A stretch of 64,000 nt of DNA from Azolla caroliniana (lineage: Eukaryota > Plantae > Polypodiophyta): the NCBI GenBank assembly GCA_043228905.1, contig JBHGNT010000018.1, positions 6,758,001-6,822,000 on the forward strand, given 5' to 3'. Shown here piece after piece: positions 36,791-51,300 of the stretch. The number at the start of each line of letters is the position of its first letter. Within the stretch, counting starts at the first letter, position 1. The notes beneath the pieces are model-generated. The model saw only the letters and a program-made list of their open reading frames with translations. It searched no databases and was not told the DNA's origin. The position numbers were made by a program, and so were the translations under genes.

Positions 36791-38342
36791 TAGATAGATG
36801 TGAAACATATATAACTTTTATGGAATAAACCTTAATTTCCCTTAACAACAATTGATTATCGCAAGGACTCATGTGTAATTTCGATGCAACTTTCGGTGCT
36901 AGAAAATTAGTAATTCATGATCTGATCATGAATGTGTCTATGTTAAGAGGCAGTTTAAATCATTTAAATTTCTTTTGAGGAAACTTTTGATATGCCACAC
37001 AAAGCTAAAATCATGATGATATCGTTTCTAGTGTAAATCAATAGATTCTTTAAATGTTTTTGTCAGTGAATGAACTAAAAATAATGCACAGATATTGCCT
37101 TTCTAAGTAATACACTTAAGAGGTTAAATGGAAAGTACAAAGTTAGGATTACGCATGAATCCATAGTCGTAAGAAAACTAGTTGTCCACTTTGATACCAC
37201 ATCATATACAAAAGAAGCATCATATTGCTTGCAGTTGCAAATTGGTATGCTTGCATGTCTAACTTCCATGTAAGGAAACCATCGTGGTATATTTTAATGG
37301 TCTAATGTGACAAGTTCCTTCAATTTCCGAATCCCTAAATAAACTTGTCTATTTATAACTATATCATAATTCTTTAATAAAGATACAAAAAGATGTATTT
37401 TGTCAGTTATTAAGCTACATGTACCTTAATGATCAACATGCACGATCATGTGAACTATTTAGCAAACAAAATCAAGTTCCAATAATCATGTTTGCAATGC
37501 ATGATCACACATATTTATGTTATTATATACATTCATTGCATGAACATGTTTTGACACATATATGATATGTATATATTATAAATACAATAGACTCATTGCA
37601 TAAATGTGTGTATATGTTACACAAAAACATATGCAATGTGCATTCAAGTCAAGATGCCTTTGCATCACCAAGAACAACCACATACACTTTGTCTTTGGAA
37701 ACACTTGAATTGTTTTGTGGGATCTCATTGTTGAATGATTCATCTGTCAAGTGTTTCATGTGTTACGCATTCAAGGATACACTATTGATCAATGATAAGA
37801 ATGAGCAACAAGAAGCACTGTAGGACTTGATCCAACATTAGGAGCCTAAAGGTTCAACTAATGTTATATGATATATCCCATTCCTTGCCATTTTGAATAT
37901 AACTTTCCTACAACTTGATGCTACTCTTAAGTTTCCTTCATAATTATAATGGGTATCTCCTTAGTAACCTCCACCCTAGCATTTCTCAACTTTGTAGCCC
38001 AATAATAAGGAAGAACATTAATTATGTGGCAAACCTTGAAGCAAAAAAGTACCTCTAGCGAAAAATTAACTTTAGAAAAATAAGATTAACCTTAGAAAAA
38101 TAACTCACTTGGAGCAAAAAAGTGCACATGGACATAAATTTAACCTTAGAAAAATAAGATTGAGGGCATGGGTTGGGAAGAACAATGCCTTTGGCTAGTT
38201 CTAATGGCACGGTCTAACCCCCTAAATAACTCACAGTAGCAAATATGTGAGCCATGTGGCAATTTATGTATAGCTTATGAAGACAAAGTTTTTGGGATTA
38301 GTATTGTCAACATTTTCTCATATTGACATATAATATCACAAG

Positions 38343-41300
38343 GCTTAGTATTATCAACATTTTCTCATATTGGGAACATCTAGCCCAAGGCTTAATACAC
38401 TAGGAATCACTTATACCTGGTAGGGCACATTTTTGCACGTTGGCCATCCAAGGGCAACGATGGAACTTCATGAATGTTTATGCTCCAAATAGCAGAACAG
38501 AAAGGGCAACATTCTGGGACCGCCTCCGCCTACAAGTAGCGAGTGCGGAAGAGTGGTGCATTGGAGGGGATTTTAATATAATTGAATCCATTCATGATAG
38601 CTCCAACAACAACCCCATAGTTCTACAAGGAAGGGAACGTAAACAATGGGAGAAACTATGTGTCCACCTTAACCTGCGAGACATCTGGCATTGTCACAAC
38701 TAACAACGAAAAAGGGATTCTCTCCTATTCTCTCGATCAGACGAGTGGAATAGTGGACCCACCTTATCTCTCATTGACCACATTTATGTGGGGGAGGCTC
38801 TAGAAGCGAAGGGAGGGTGGTGTTGCATAACTCCAGGCACGACTTTCTCTGACCATTACTTGGTAGCTGGTCATTTTCAATTGCACTAAAAATGGGGCCC
38901 ATTCCAGACTCACATCTCACACACTATTTACACATTTATAGAGGTGAAGGACCAACATTCCAACCAATGGTCACTACCCGTCAATGACTCATCAGCATTT
39001 GACAAACTTCTAACTAAATTAACAAGAGCTTCTACTCTCCTACATGAGATTGTCAAGACCAGAAGCAAGGATGCTCATGAGAAGCGACAGAGGACAAAAC
39101 GGGGACTAATAGCCTTACAACGACTCCAACAGAGATACCCGTCATGTATTTGGATCGCAGGACAAGTCGCCACGACCAAACATGAACTTAGCATGGCGGA
39201 AAAGGAAATATATGACGTGGCGTTTCATGGAAGCATGGCGCGATGGATTCGAGTAGGGGACAAAACCATGAAGGAATTCTTCCGCTCCAAAGGCTTGAGG
39301 CACGCTCGAATTGTGATGCGTAGCCTCAACCGAGAGGATGGCCACGAAATGAGGAATATTGCCACAAGTTATTATAACCGCCTATTTACCGAAGACATTA
39401 TAGCTATAGGGGAAGACATAAGAGTAGATATTATCCTCCAAAGCATACCCGAAAAAGTCACACCGGAAATGAATACATGGCTCGTGCATCCCCTATCAAT
39501 CATCGAGATATGGGAGACCCTCACTGATTTAGATGCCAACGGAATTGACGGCCTCACCCTGCACTTTTTCACATGCCTTTGGGACACTATTAAAGAAGAC
39601 CTCCTCCAGGCATATGAGGAGATCATCACCTCTAGAAGCATGCTGGAGGAATTTGGATAGGGGATGATACATCTCATTCCTAAAAGTGGTGGGAATGCCA
39701 ATGACATTAACAAGTGGCGGCCCATAACTCTTCTCAATACTGTCTATAAGTTGCTCGCAAAAATCGTGGCACGCCATTTAACACCACTTCTCCCTCAACT
39801 CATTCATCTGTCCCAGACAGGTTTCGTTAGAAATCGGAGCATCCTAGACAACCTCTTCTCATTCTAGGAACCAGTAGCCCTTGCCAAGCGTACCAACAAC
39901 AAGGTAGCGGTGGTGCTACTAGATTTTGAGAAAGTCCCCATCCTTATGTAGTGATCAGGGAGTCTTAGTAATCCATGCTTTTCCTCTAACTATAGACTCC
40001 ATGCTTTTCCTATAGATAGACTATATGCTTTATCTAAAGTGATCATGCTTTTTTCTAACTTGTGCGTTTTTTATCGACTATAGTGTTCATGCACGCTATA
40101 TGTGCATGCGTAGCTTTTTCTTTTAGAATGCGTTTTTCTTTTAACTAAAGTTTATCTTAGGTGAACTTGCCTTTCTATGTGGGACATCTAAGTGTTTTTA
40201 ACACTAATGAAATGCTAGTGTAATAGTAAGGTTTCACATTATTATCATGGAGGTGCAAGGTTTGAATCTTGCCCTATGCATGTATTATTTATTTTGACAT
40301 TTTCTTCTATTTCTTCATATTTACTAAAACGTTACTTTATAAGTTTTTCATGTAGTGTACAAAATACACTACGTCACTCGCCCCCTCTGAACCCGCACAT
40401 CCTCTGGTATGTGCCGAAGCTGTCGGTAATTGTTATTCTTGTCCGTCCGTTCTCCACCTGGTTGGTTTCGTCGCCAGTCGTGCTTGGTTGCCGGCTCCGC
40501 CCGGTTTCCGGTTCTGTTCGGTTGCCGGCTTCGTCTGGTTTTCGGTTTTCAGTTGCTTGCTCCGCCTGGTTACTAGTTGCCGGCTCTCGTATTTCTCCTT
40601 TACTCGCAATACCCTCCGTTTCTCTTGCTATGTTGACTTTGTCTCTCCATTTTGAGCACATCCATTTTTTCCACCCGAACCATTGTCGCCATCCGATCCA
40701 CCATATTCTTTGTTCTCTCTTTGCATTACCATGGCCGGTTGTCATGGCTCCTTGTGATCCTCTTGAGCATAACCCTTCTTGTCTTGTGCATGTGCCCTGC
40801 TTCTCACTTTGTTCACCTTTGTCGTATAATCTCGCGTTAGAGTAGATAATCTTCATGTTAGAGCTCACCGTCTTTGTTAAGATCTCATCCTTGGTAACAC
40901 TCTTCAAATCCACTCGGTTCGCTTGGTCCTTGTCGTCCGTGGTAGTGCCTTTGCTTGGCCTCTTTCTTATCTTCATCAACCTTGATTTTTTTCCGGATGG
41001 GTCTTGTCCGATTGGCTTTCGGTTAGATTGGCTTCCGATCGGATTTGTATTCGGCCGAATCGGATTCGGTTGATCGGTTTTGACCGAGTCGGTCCCCTTC
41101 CGGGTCGGTTTTTGTTTAGATCGGAATTTCGTCCGGATCATCTTCCATCCGAACCGGCTTCCGACTTTACCTTTCTTGCCGCCACCTCCCGTCTCTCCGG
41201 TCTCACGTTGGTACTCGGACACAACCGCCAAAGTCTCTAGAATTAGTGGGCAGGAATCCTCGGTATTACTGTCCTCCATCGTTTCACCCATAGCCACCTT

Positions 41301-44300
41301 CTCGGCTATCTCTCCATCGTATGCATCGACGTCGGCCTTCGTTTTCTCTCCGCCATCTTCCGTCTCTTCGGTCTCACGTTGCCTTTTGAACGCAACCGCC
41401 GGAGTCTCTGGAATCAGTGGTGAGAAAGTTTCGATACGGTCATACGCCATCGATTCGTCCATAGCCACCTCCGATTCAACGTCATCTTTCGTGGTGACCT
41501 CCTCAATCAAGTCCTACTTGCACTCTTTATATCCATAAATTATGCAAGCATCAATTATGCTTACCTCTTCCTCATCCGATGTCTCGAACACTCGTATCCC
41601 GAAATCTTCTTCTACACTTGAAGTGGTGTTCACCACTCTTAGCTTATCGGCCTTATCCTTGGTCTTCGTTCTTTCACAAGACTAGAGGGTGTCTTGTTCC
41701 ACACTCTCTCCCGTGGTCCCATCATATTGTACTTCGGCCTTCATATCGACTACATCGTTTTTCCTCAATCTACCATCCCTCATGGGCCATGTTGCTGTTG
41801 ACAAGATTCTCGTCTTCCTCTCATCATGTCTCCTGCATACCCTTTTGACTTTAGCCCAATCCTCGGTAAGACCATTCACACCGTCATTGTCTTCGAGTTT
41901 GATCCCGATGTCCATCCTTTCCTTTCGATTGATTGATCTTACGAACATTAGGACTTTATCCACCCCCATTGATCTTTGTTCCCGCTCCGAGAGTTGAGCA
42001 AAACGATACTCAAACTCTAAGAATGCCAATGTCGTAGTTCGGTGAGTCTTTGTCGATGCCACCCACTCATTGAACTCGTGTCGATCTCGTCCCTTCAATC
42101 TCTCATAGTCATATGCTTTTCGTAAAGCTTCTTCAAAGGACCCCCATGTTGGGTTTTGTTGCAGTATCTTGTAGATTCTCTCTTGTAACTCATCCGTGGC
42201 TACCCGATTGAAGGAAATCACTTGCAATCCTTCCGGTATCCCACATCGCATCGTCTCTGCCTTGTAGTCACGTAGATAGCGTGACACATCATTTCCGTTA
42301 AATTGCCCGTGTCGTTACACGTTGCTCTTATTGCATCCGCTCAATCATCATCATCATTATGCTCATCGCCTCTTGTTGATTCTCCATCTCCTTGCCACCC
42401 GCCTTCACGTCAGGTTCACCACTTTTGTCGTGCCTTTCGGCGCCGGATCGTTGTGTGAGTCGGGTGAGAACCGCTAGGGTTTTGGACTAGGAGGAGGAAG
42501 AATTTGATACAAGTTTATAGTTATGTATAGATTATTAGAAAGAGAGATAGAAACTTGTGAATCCCACAAGTATAGATTATTAGATTTATTAATATTTAGA
42601 ATCCTAATAACAATTTATCATAGATTGGAAGAGATAGATTATATAAAACTTCGTGAATCCCACGATTATATTAATTGGTGTTTTAGGAAATATATCCAAT
42701 TTCCCAAATATTTCACACACACCCCCTTACATTGTGCTCCCCATCCTTATGTAGTGATCAAGGATTCTTAGTAATCCATGCTTTTCCTCTAACTATAGAC
42801 TCCATGCTTTTCCTATAGATAGACTATATGCTTTATCTAAAGTGATCATGCTTTTTTCTAACTTGTGCGTTTTTTATCGACTATAGTGTTCATGCACGCT
42901 AGATGTGCATGCGTAGCTTTTTCTTTTAGAATGCGTTTTTCTTTTAACTAAAGTTTATCTTAGGTGAACTTACCTTTCTATGTGGGACATCTAAGTGTTT
43001 TTAACACTAATGAAATGCTAGTGTAATGGTAAGGTTTCACATTATTATCATGGAGGTGCAAGGTTTGAATCTTGCCCTATGCATGTATTATTTATTTTGA
43101 CATTTTCTTCTATTTCTTCATATTTACTAAAACGTTACTTTATAAGTTTTTCATGTAGTGTACAAAATACACTACGACAACGTTTCATTGGCAGGTGAAA
43201 GGGGGCCCCTTTTTCTGAATATCCCGATTTGTACGACAGGGATGCCCACTAGCTCCATCCTTATTTCTATTATATGCCGAAGCACTCTCTTACTTTCTCA
43301 ACTCGCGACATCTCAACCTACGTGGTCTTCCCGTACCTCATTCTCACCAAAGCATCCTGGATATAGAATTTGCAGATGACACAACGGTCTACCTGCAAGG
43401 GGACTTGGAAAACCTCCAAAAGCTAGAAAGTGGGCTAGCTGTATTTTGCAAGAGATCCAATGCCATGATCAATTGGCACAAATCTTGCTTAATATGGCTC
43501 TCTCAAGAAACACATCTGGCCTGGCACCCACATCCCACTTTCAATTGGATCGATCAAGGAGCGAGCACCAAATATTTGGGTTTCCAAATTGGTGTCAACA
43601 TACCGCTGGAGACTATGATTGCACTCGTTATCCATTCCATTCGAAAAAAGTTGATACATTGGAGCTCGAAAAAACTGTTGCTAGTGGCAAATCAGGTACT
43701 ACTTGCTACAGTATGGTACAGTCTATCATGCTGGACAATCTCCAAGGAAAGTATACATCAGATTCAACGACTGGTCCGCAACTACATTTGGTCTGGTAGT
43801 GGTAAGGAAGACCAAGCAGCTCGCGCCAAGGTGGCATGGCCTATACTCACAACGCCTAAGTCGAGAGGGGGATTGGGTCTTATTGATCCTCTTTCACAAT
43901 CGAAAGCCTTACTTGCCAAATTTGTGGTGCGAGGACTCCAACTAGGAAATGACTATTGGAAAATGCTACTGAGGTTACATTTCACTTTCTTTAGGCCACG
44001 AAAAGGGGTCAATTGGGCTCCCCAAACGGGATGGATTCTAAACATGGATCTCAAACCTAGTTTCTCCCGCCAATTGGAGGATAGATTTAGTGCATCCATG
44101 TGGAAGGCATGGTGTGACATTCGTTGAGGGCTCAAGTGTGATCAACTGAGATCTGAACTTGCCTGGCTCAGTCAACGTATCCTATGGAACCCATGTATCA
44201 AGGATGAATCTAATCAACTACTGGGATCACGTAAGGGGTTGTCATGGGGATACATTGCAGAAGGTCTGGGAAAAAGTATAGAATGTTGGCGACGATTTAT

Positions 44301-45558
44301 GTCACTGCCACTACAAGATTAGGTGAACATACTCCATGGAATCAGGGGTGGATGGACTATGAGATTGGAAATCATTAATGCTCTACTGATTAGGGAATTT
44401 GCTACTCAAAGGATGACAATGGAGAAATGGATAGGCCAACAGGAAGAGGGATCTCTGATCCCGAGAGGTAGGGGACCACCAGACAGGCTTGAAGGCTTTG
44501 AATTGCGAGACACTGAGACACCAACATAGAATAACGCAATTCGAGTACTCTCGTATACTAGTCATAAATGGATTGTAGATCCTGATCTGATCAAAGTACA
44601 ACCCGATTGGCACATATATACTCATGAAAACACATGGCTACATAAGGTTAGTTGGGACCCTTTGCAATGGACATGGTGTGATCCCTACGCGGGGCAAGGA
44701 AGCAACCCATCCCTTTCTTCCAATTCACAACTAGATTGGGTCACCACATTCTAGCTGCTCAAACCGCCCGAGAGCCAGCTACTACGAAGGTTTAGCACAC
44801 ATTTCATGTTCCTCCCACAATAATCACCAAGTTTTGGCAGAAACTCTGGAAACAACAACACGCGAGGCAAATTACCACGTTCCAATGGCTATTAATACAT
44901 AAGTCCCTACCGGTGGGAGCATGGCAACGTGGGAACCTTAGCTCTCCTAATTGTGTAGAGTGCCCACATGCAGTAGAATCTATATGACACGCTCTATAGG
45001 ACTGCCCAACGTCCCATCGAATATGGCAGGGGGTTGGCCGCTTGTTGCAATTATGCCAGGTGCAAGGCTCAATCAAGTGGGGAAATATATGTTGGCTATC
45101 ATGGCAGAACGCAATTGGCAGGGGATGACTTTGGTGATAAAAGCACAAGAGGTCTTTTTCTCCTCCAGCGGCAATGTCCACTCCACTCCTCTTAATGACA
45201 ATTCTCAAGAGGTGTTGGAATTGGTCAGCCCAATAACTCTTTGGATTCTAGGGAAACAACGATGTAGGCGAGGCTTCTCCAACCAAACCGCACATCTAAC
45301 AAGGTTACTGCAAGAGCCAATATGGAGTGAAATTGTAGCCACTCTGAAGAGCCAATATGATGGCCTTAAGGGCGGCTCTAAGGGAGTTGAAAGACAACGA
45401 ATAGCCTTCATCCAACAATGGTCATCCTCTCCCTTTCTTGAGTCAGTGGGCATCCACATAAGATGGAACTATCACATCCCTTCAGGGATTTGTACATAAT
45501 TGTCTCATTTGTAAAATTTTATAACTAATGGAAGGAATGTTTTTGGGGAAAAAAAAAA
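38343..45558 (+). mobile_element. 5'-truncated L1/Tx1-type LINE (APE endonuclease end, RT, zf-RVT, poly-A), split by an LTR element at 39935-43179
   Basis: NVYAPN, WCIGGDFN, WRPITLLN.VYK, GF...RSILDN, LDFEK, RQGCPL and FADD motifs; A-tail 45549-45559; TSD ACATATA(A/G)TATCACAAG at 38326-38342 and 45559-45575. Confidence 0.9.
39935..43179 (-). mobile_element. Non-autonomous gag-only gypsy derivative (5' LTR 42426-43179, tRNA-Trp PBS 42404-42421, gag 42287-41682, hydrophilic ORF 41510-40374, PPT, truncated 3' LTR 39935-40376)
   Basis: The two LTR copies are near-identical; the termini and PPT GAGGGGGCGAG are shared with the element at 15622-21506; the gag resembles that element's gag; no protease, RT or integrase motifs. 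Confidence 0.85.
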
Positions 45559-45839
45559 ACATATAGTATCACAAGATACTTCCCATGTAATCCTACACAT
45601 CTTTTTGGTCTCCAAGCTTTACTCTTTTTAATACTTGAAAATTAATTTTCATCATAATTCGGATGTTCATTCCCAAAATTTTCTTTATAGAAATTTTCAA
45701 ATAACTTGATATGCTATTTACCCTAAATTAGAAGTAGAATCTTTAGCATGGTTATACAAATGACAAACTATATGAGGATTAAAACATCCTTTTGCTAAAA
45801 TACATAACTCGATGCTTAAAAGATTTAAGATTAATAAGT

Positions 45840-46415
45840 TAGAATGACATAAAGTTGTTGGTCTTTTGCATGCCTTGGATATTCCCAACAACAAATGGGA
45901 AAGTATCTCGATGGATTTTATTATTAGTTTACCTCTTACATAGAGAGGTCATGTTGTAATTTGGGTTGTTGTTGACAAATTAACATAATTGGCTAGATTT
46001 ATTCCAACCAAAACCATGGTAACCGCTCAACAATTGGCTTATCAATTTGTTGATGAGTTATTTTGTTTTTATGGTTTATCAATGGATATTCCTAGTGATC
46101 GAGATTTCAAGTTTACTAGTAACTTTTGGACTTAGGTATATAAGAAGCTAGAAACTAATTTGAGCATGAGTTCTAGAGATCATCCTCGATTTAATGGACA
46201 AACTGAATGAGTTAATCAAATTATTGAGGATATGCTTCAAACTTATCCCAAACTTATGTAGCAAAAACCCCATCTAAGCGAGAGCATTACCTTCATATCT
46301 TATAATTTTCCTATAATAGCTCCAAACATACATCCAGTGGATATTGTCCTTTTATGTTGATGTATGGTTTTCAGCCACGTGCCCTAGTAAATGTCACAAT
46401 TCATCGTGATACATT
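45840..46415 (+). mobile_element. Decayed gypsy (chromovirus) integrase fragment
   Basis: LDIPNNKWESISMDFI and IWVVVDKLT; closely similar to 52520-53070. Confidence 0.8.
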
Positions 46416-48302
46416 AGACGCCGGTGGTACGGGCTAGGCTTTCATCACTACTTGGGGAAGCTTGTGACCCGATAGTCAGTCGGTTATCTGGAAGATGATT
46501 AATCTATTTCAATTGCCCCACTTGTTCTCCCCCCTCAAGTGCGACACCTCGAGATGTTGTAACCCAAGCATCTTCGAAAAGTGCTGCAACTTGTCCAATC
46601 TAAGCACCTTGGTGAAAATGTCAGCAACTTGCCGATCAGTTCGAACATACCAGAGTTCGACTTCACCGCTCTAGACTCGTTCGCCCACAAAGTGATAATG
46701 CACTTCTATATGCTTCGTGTGAGCATGGAATATGGGGTTCTTGGCTAGCTACATGCTACTGATGTTGTCACAGTAGATTGGAATCAAAGTGGGAACTTCG
46801 ACTTGCAGATCTTGCAACAATCACTTGAGCCATATAGCCTCACATATAGCGACGGTGGCGCCTTGGTACTCAGCTTTGGTGCTCGATAGGGCCGTGACTG
46901 TCGTCTGCTTCTTACTGCTCCACACTATATCGCATGCACCCAAGGGAGAACATAATGCCTGATGTTGATCGGCGATATGTGGTGTCTCTGGCCCAATCGA
47001 CATTTGTGTAGCCAACCAATTATTTAGCTCTGTTGTGCTGATATAGCAGTCCACGATCCTTCGTGCCGCTCACATATCTCAATATCCGATGCGTGCATTG
47101 AAGGTGCTCGAGTGTCGGGCTCTACATGAATTAACTCACCATGCTGGCCGGATAACTAAGATCGGGTCGAGTGATGGTTAAGTATATTAGGCTTCCGACG
47201 ATTTTTTGGAACCGTTTTGCATCGTAGGCTGCTCCTGAGTTGTGGTAAAGCTTCAGGTTTTGATCAAGAGGGGTGGAGACGGATCAACAATCCGTCATGC
47301 CAAATTTATACAACATATTCAAGACATAACGTTGTTTAGTTAGCAATATGTCGTCGGGGGGTGGGTGGGTGGGTGGGTGGATCACTTGGATCCCGAAGAA
47401 GTAATGAAGGTCCCCTAAATCCTTCATTTCAAATGCACTCAGCAACTGGGACTTTACTCAGCTGATTTCAACATTATTGGGGTTGGTGATGATCAGGTCA
47501 TCCACGTACAACAATATGCAAACCAGACCTTTTGAACCTTTTCGGATGAACAAGGAAGAGTCAGACTTTGAGTCCGCAAACACCATATTTCGCAGATGTT
47601 GCGCGATTTTCAAGTTCCAAGCATGTGGGGCTTGCTTGAGGCCTAAACTGACTTCCTCAGCCGGTAAACTGCTAACTTGTTCAGCTCCGATTGAAATATG
47701 GGGGGTTGGACCATAAATACTTGTTCTTCCAGATACCCTTGAAGAAACACATTCTTAATGTCCATCTGATGGAGATGCCACCCCCTTGCCGCTGCTACCG
47801 CCAACACCACATGGACTGTCATCATCTTTGCCACCGGTGCGAAGCTCTCGTTGTAATCGATGTCGTGGGTTTGTGCGTATCCCTTAGCCACCAATCAGGC
47901 CTTATATCGGTTGACTGTGCCGTCAACATTGTACTTTACTTTGTACACCCATTTGCATCCGATTGGCTTGTAGTGTTGGGGAGGGTCAACCAAATCCCAA
48001 GTCTTGTTGGCAGCTAGTGCTGCATTTCTTCCTCCATGGCTGATCGCCATTTGGCATCTTGTGATGCCTCCACATAGCTCTCGGCTCACAAACTTTTGCC
48101 ACTTTTGACATGCACGCATAATGATGTGCCATGTATTTGTTGTATCTTTATCAGATAACTGGATTCTTGTGGCGAGTCGACTGGTGTAACTTCTCATTAG
48201 CCGATTTTAGGGCCCTCTTGGTCGCATCTAACCTCAACTCTTGAGGCTCCTTATCTCTCTTGTTGGCGTCAGATTCTCATTGATCCGATGCACCTTTATC
48301 TG

Positions 48303-51300
48303 TGTTATGGGCATGACCATATAATATCCTGTGGTGAGAATTTACCGTAGTATTCTTCTATACACGTGGATAAAGTATGAGGGTTAAACGAGAGTGTAAA
48401 GAAGGGAAGGATTACTTTTAATCCTCAGGATTGAGACAACCCATTAGGCCAAGTATGAACTTGCTTGGGGGTCTTAGGTCTGGCTATAAATATGAGGCCT
48501 AGCTACCGTCATTTGACAAATGATTGACAACATCGAGACTCTTACATTGTGGTGGGTCAACTCTTGTAGTGAGCGCGCCAGCACCAGGTATGACTCGACA
48601 CAACGATGGTGGTATGGGACATCGATTGAGACTCGAGTCTATGTCGATCCCTTCACTCGGGGGTGGTCAAGTGGATCGACACCCTTCTTTCTCTCTCTCT
48701 CCTTTCTTATTTTCTATCTATTATCCTTATCATATGCTTACATTAGTAGATAAGCTCTAACAATTGGTATCCGACCCATGTTTCTAATGTTTCTTTTGTT
48801 GATTGTTTTTTGTCTTGTTGGATGGCGATTTATCGATGTACGATCGACCTTGAATCAGATAGCTATCAACAAAGGAACTACAAATTATCATTCAATGGCT
48901 CATAATAACGACCCAATGTCATCCGCTCAAGCGGAAGGAATTCAAGGAAATCCTCATGGGTCAATCCCCATTGAGTCGTATTTGATACAAATACAAAATT
49001 TCCTTAATTCAACCACGCATCAGATGTCCGAACTTCGGCAATCTCATAGTGCTCTCGAGACACGTTGTCGTGGAGAAAACCGTCCCTTGGCAGAATCGGA
49101 GAATAATGCATGCGAATCGGCCCTTACACGTGGGCACAAGTTTTGTTGTAATGTACATATTTAGGTACAAGTCGGCTGATCTGAATATCCTAGGTCGCAC
49201 GGATTTGATAGGTAGGAAATCGAGGCATATCTCTGTTCGAAAGGATAGAGAATAAAGATGATGTAACAAGTTGTAATGGCCTCCCTCCTTGGGCTATAAA
49301 AGAGAGGGAGAGGAATCGTAAAAGGGATCGCTTTTGTCGAGGACGAAGTGCTGTCGGACTAGGACTGAGCTCTTCTCTTCCGTCTTTCTTTGTGTTTGCG
49401 CTGTGCAACTTTTCGGGAGGTTGACTTTGCTCCGCGGAACGCCTGAGTGCTTCTGGGAGAGTCTCCATCTTGCGTATGTGTGTGCGTGTAGGCGTCAGAG
49501 CTTGTCGCTCATTGGCCCGCCCGTTGTAACCCCTTTCATCTGATATATATATATATATACACACACATACACACATACACACATTCGTCTTGTTTCAATC
49601 GGTTGTGGTTTTTGTGTATTTGTGTGTGTGCGAAGCACGACCGTTGTCTTTCTTACTCCCCTCCTGCTCTCTTGTTCCTCGGTCCAAGACCCCCGTGGTC
49701 CCACCTCGTTCTACACGCACGCGCATAATAACGCGACAACGTGTCATTAGTTTACAACATCATACTAATAGACCCGATGAGCGTAAGGGTGAACCATCAT
49801 TTGTCGTAAAGCCATTTACGGGAAAAAAGAAGGAAAGAACCAATGAAGTAATCTGCACATGGTTGGGCCGATGAGAGTCTCATTTTGAGCTCTATCCCAA
49901 GCCAAATAGGACAAAGATTGCATATGTCGGCCGAGAACTAGGGGGTAAGGCCATCGCCTAGTGGCGTGGGCACCACATTTTGGGGAAATTGCTTGATACC
50001 TGGATAGAATTTGTCATAGTTTTCAAGGGCCAATTTCTGCAACCTCCATCTCGAACCAAGGCAACACAAGCTTTAATGAACCTCTATAGCAGGAAGTTTT
50101 CCTTGCTAGAAGACTATGTTCACCATGCTAGAACTCAAATCCAAAAATCGGGTCTAGAAGGGGACAATTGGTGGATAACTTGTTTTGTCAATGGTATCCC
50201 TAATTCGGACTATCACAGGATACTGCATGATAAAGATCCCAAATCCTTCGAAGAGGCCGTCGAAATAGTTCTTCGCTATCAATGCACTTCGAAAAGGACC
50301 ATAACAAACCCAACGAAGCACCCGGGACTAAGCAATCGCAATTCTCTGGGAAACGCAAGACACCTAACGAATTCATGGATCGCGATTATAAGCGACAAAA
50401 TCCTTTTTGCCTATTCTGCAAAAAGAAGGGTCATACAAAAGAGCAATGTCGAAAGCTGCAACGGAAAAAGCAAGACAACAAAACAAAAGCTGCAGACCAT
50501 AAAGGTCAGATTCTTGATGTCTTTGAGGTCTATACACATCATTTAAGTAATTGTAAATGTTCTTTCCCTCACTATGTAATGGGACCCAATGATTTACTAT
50601 GTGTAAACGAGTATATCAATGGATCTCCTATACAATTTTTATTTGATTCGGGAAGCTCACACAATTTTGTGAATGATCATTTGGTTCAGATATGGGGAAT
50701 CCAACCCACCGTAAGTGATCACACCTACAGGGTGCACTTGGCTGATGGAAGAGTACAATACATCAACGGGATGATTCATTCATTAGGAATTTCTATTGAT
50801 ACTTATATAGAGGAAGTAGACTTCCATGTAATGAATCTTTGTACCACTGATGTAATATTGGGTTATCCCTGGTTTTTTAATAAAAACTCCTCTTTGTCTA
50901 TTGATTGGGTTCGCCATTCCATTTTCTTTGTACTAAACGATTGTACTCATTTTATTCAATGCGTAAATAAATAATATGTTTCGATTGTTTCCTCTCCATC
51001 AATATCCGAGTTGTCTTGTTCTTCTTTATTTTATTGTGTACGTGATATGAACATTCACGTTTATAATATCGATAATGTCTCGGGTCAATTATCATATTTT
51101 GAATAACAACAACTTGATGAAAATTTAAATGATTTTCTCGATGTCTTTCCGAGTGAACTATCACAAGGGTTACCTCCTCAATGTAATATAGGCCATCGTA
51201 TAGATATTGTACCTGGTGCTGCACCAATAAGTATACCTCCTTATCGCTTAAGTCGATCCAAAGGGGATGAGGTATCTAAGCAACTCAAGGACTATTTACA

